The notes beneath the pieces are model-generated. The model saw nothing but the letters and a program-made list of their open reading frames with translations. It was not told the DNA's origin and did no database searches. This document shows positions 63,991-64,000 of a DNA stretch of 64,000 nt, piece by piece. Within the stretch, counting starts at the first letter, position 1; every line of letters starts with the position of its first letter. Source of the stretch: a phage; the sequence record NC_100372.1; one strand, given 5' to 3'. Both the position numbers and the translations under genes were made by a program.

Positions 63991-64000
63991 CTTGGTCTCC

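Overview
This window reads as a contiguous stretch of a virulent dsDNA phage genome (enterobacterial-type sigma70 promoters, very dense small ORFs, no integrase or host housekeeping genes). It has two convergent gene blocks. The plus-strand block (33..33573) carries a DNA ligase, a lambda R-like endolysin, a large nucleotide-metabolism module (NrdA, NrdB, glutaredoxin, NrdD, NrdG, ThyX-like, dNMP kinase, HAD 5-prime nucleotidase), PhoH, a ClpP-like peptidase, two N6-adenine methyltransferases, recombination nucleases (flap endonuclease, RuvC-like, endonuclease VII, DnaQ-like exonuclease), a ribosome hibernation factor (HPF/RaiA) homolog and a large family of small acidic paralogous proteins. 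The minus-strand block (36088..63990) carries the replication core (family A DNA polymerase, TOPRIM primase fused to a DnaB-like helicase, Dda/Pif1-like helicase, SSB-like protein with DDDIPF tail), a cytosine-5 methyltransferase-like protein, a macro-domain protein and about 40 small early-type ORFs of unknown function. Between the blocks lies a 2.5 kb non-coding, repeat-dense region (33574..36087), and a second 1 kb non-coding region (45122..46138) holds a duplicated conserved GC-rich module and tandem repeats. Gene content (dNMP kinase + HAD nucleotidase + flap endonuclease + RNR set) is reminiscent of T5-like phages, but I cannot confirm the taxon without a search. No tRNA, rRNA or CRISPR array was found. 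CDS coordinates follow the supplied ORF track, with starts adjusted where a better RBS/start was visible. Coordinates of motifs I located by hand may be off by 1-2 bp; one local mismatch between my reading and the track was noticed near 59814.
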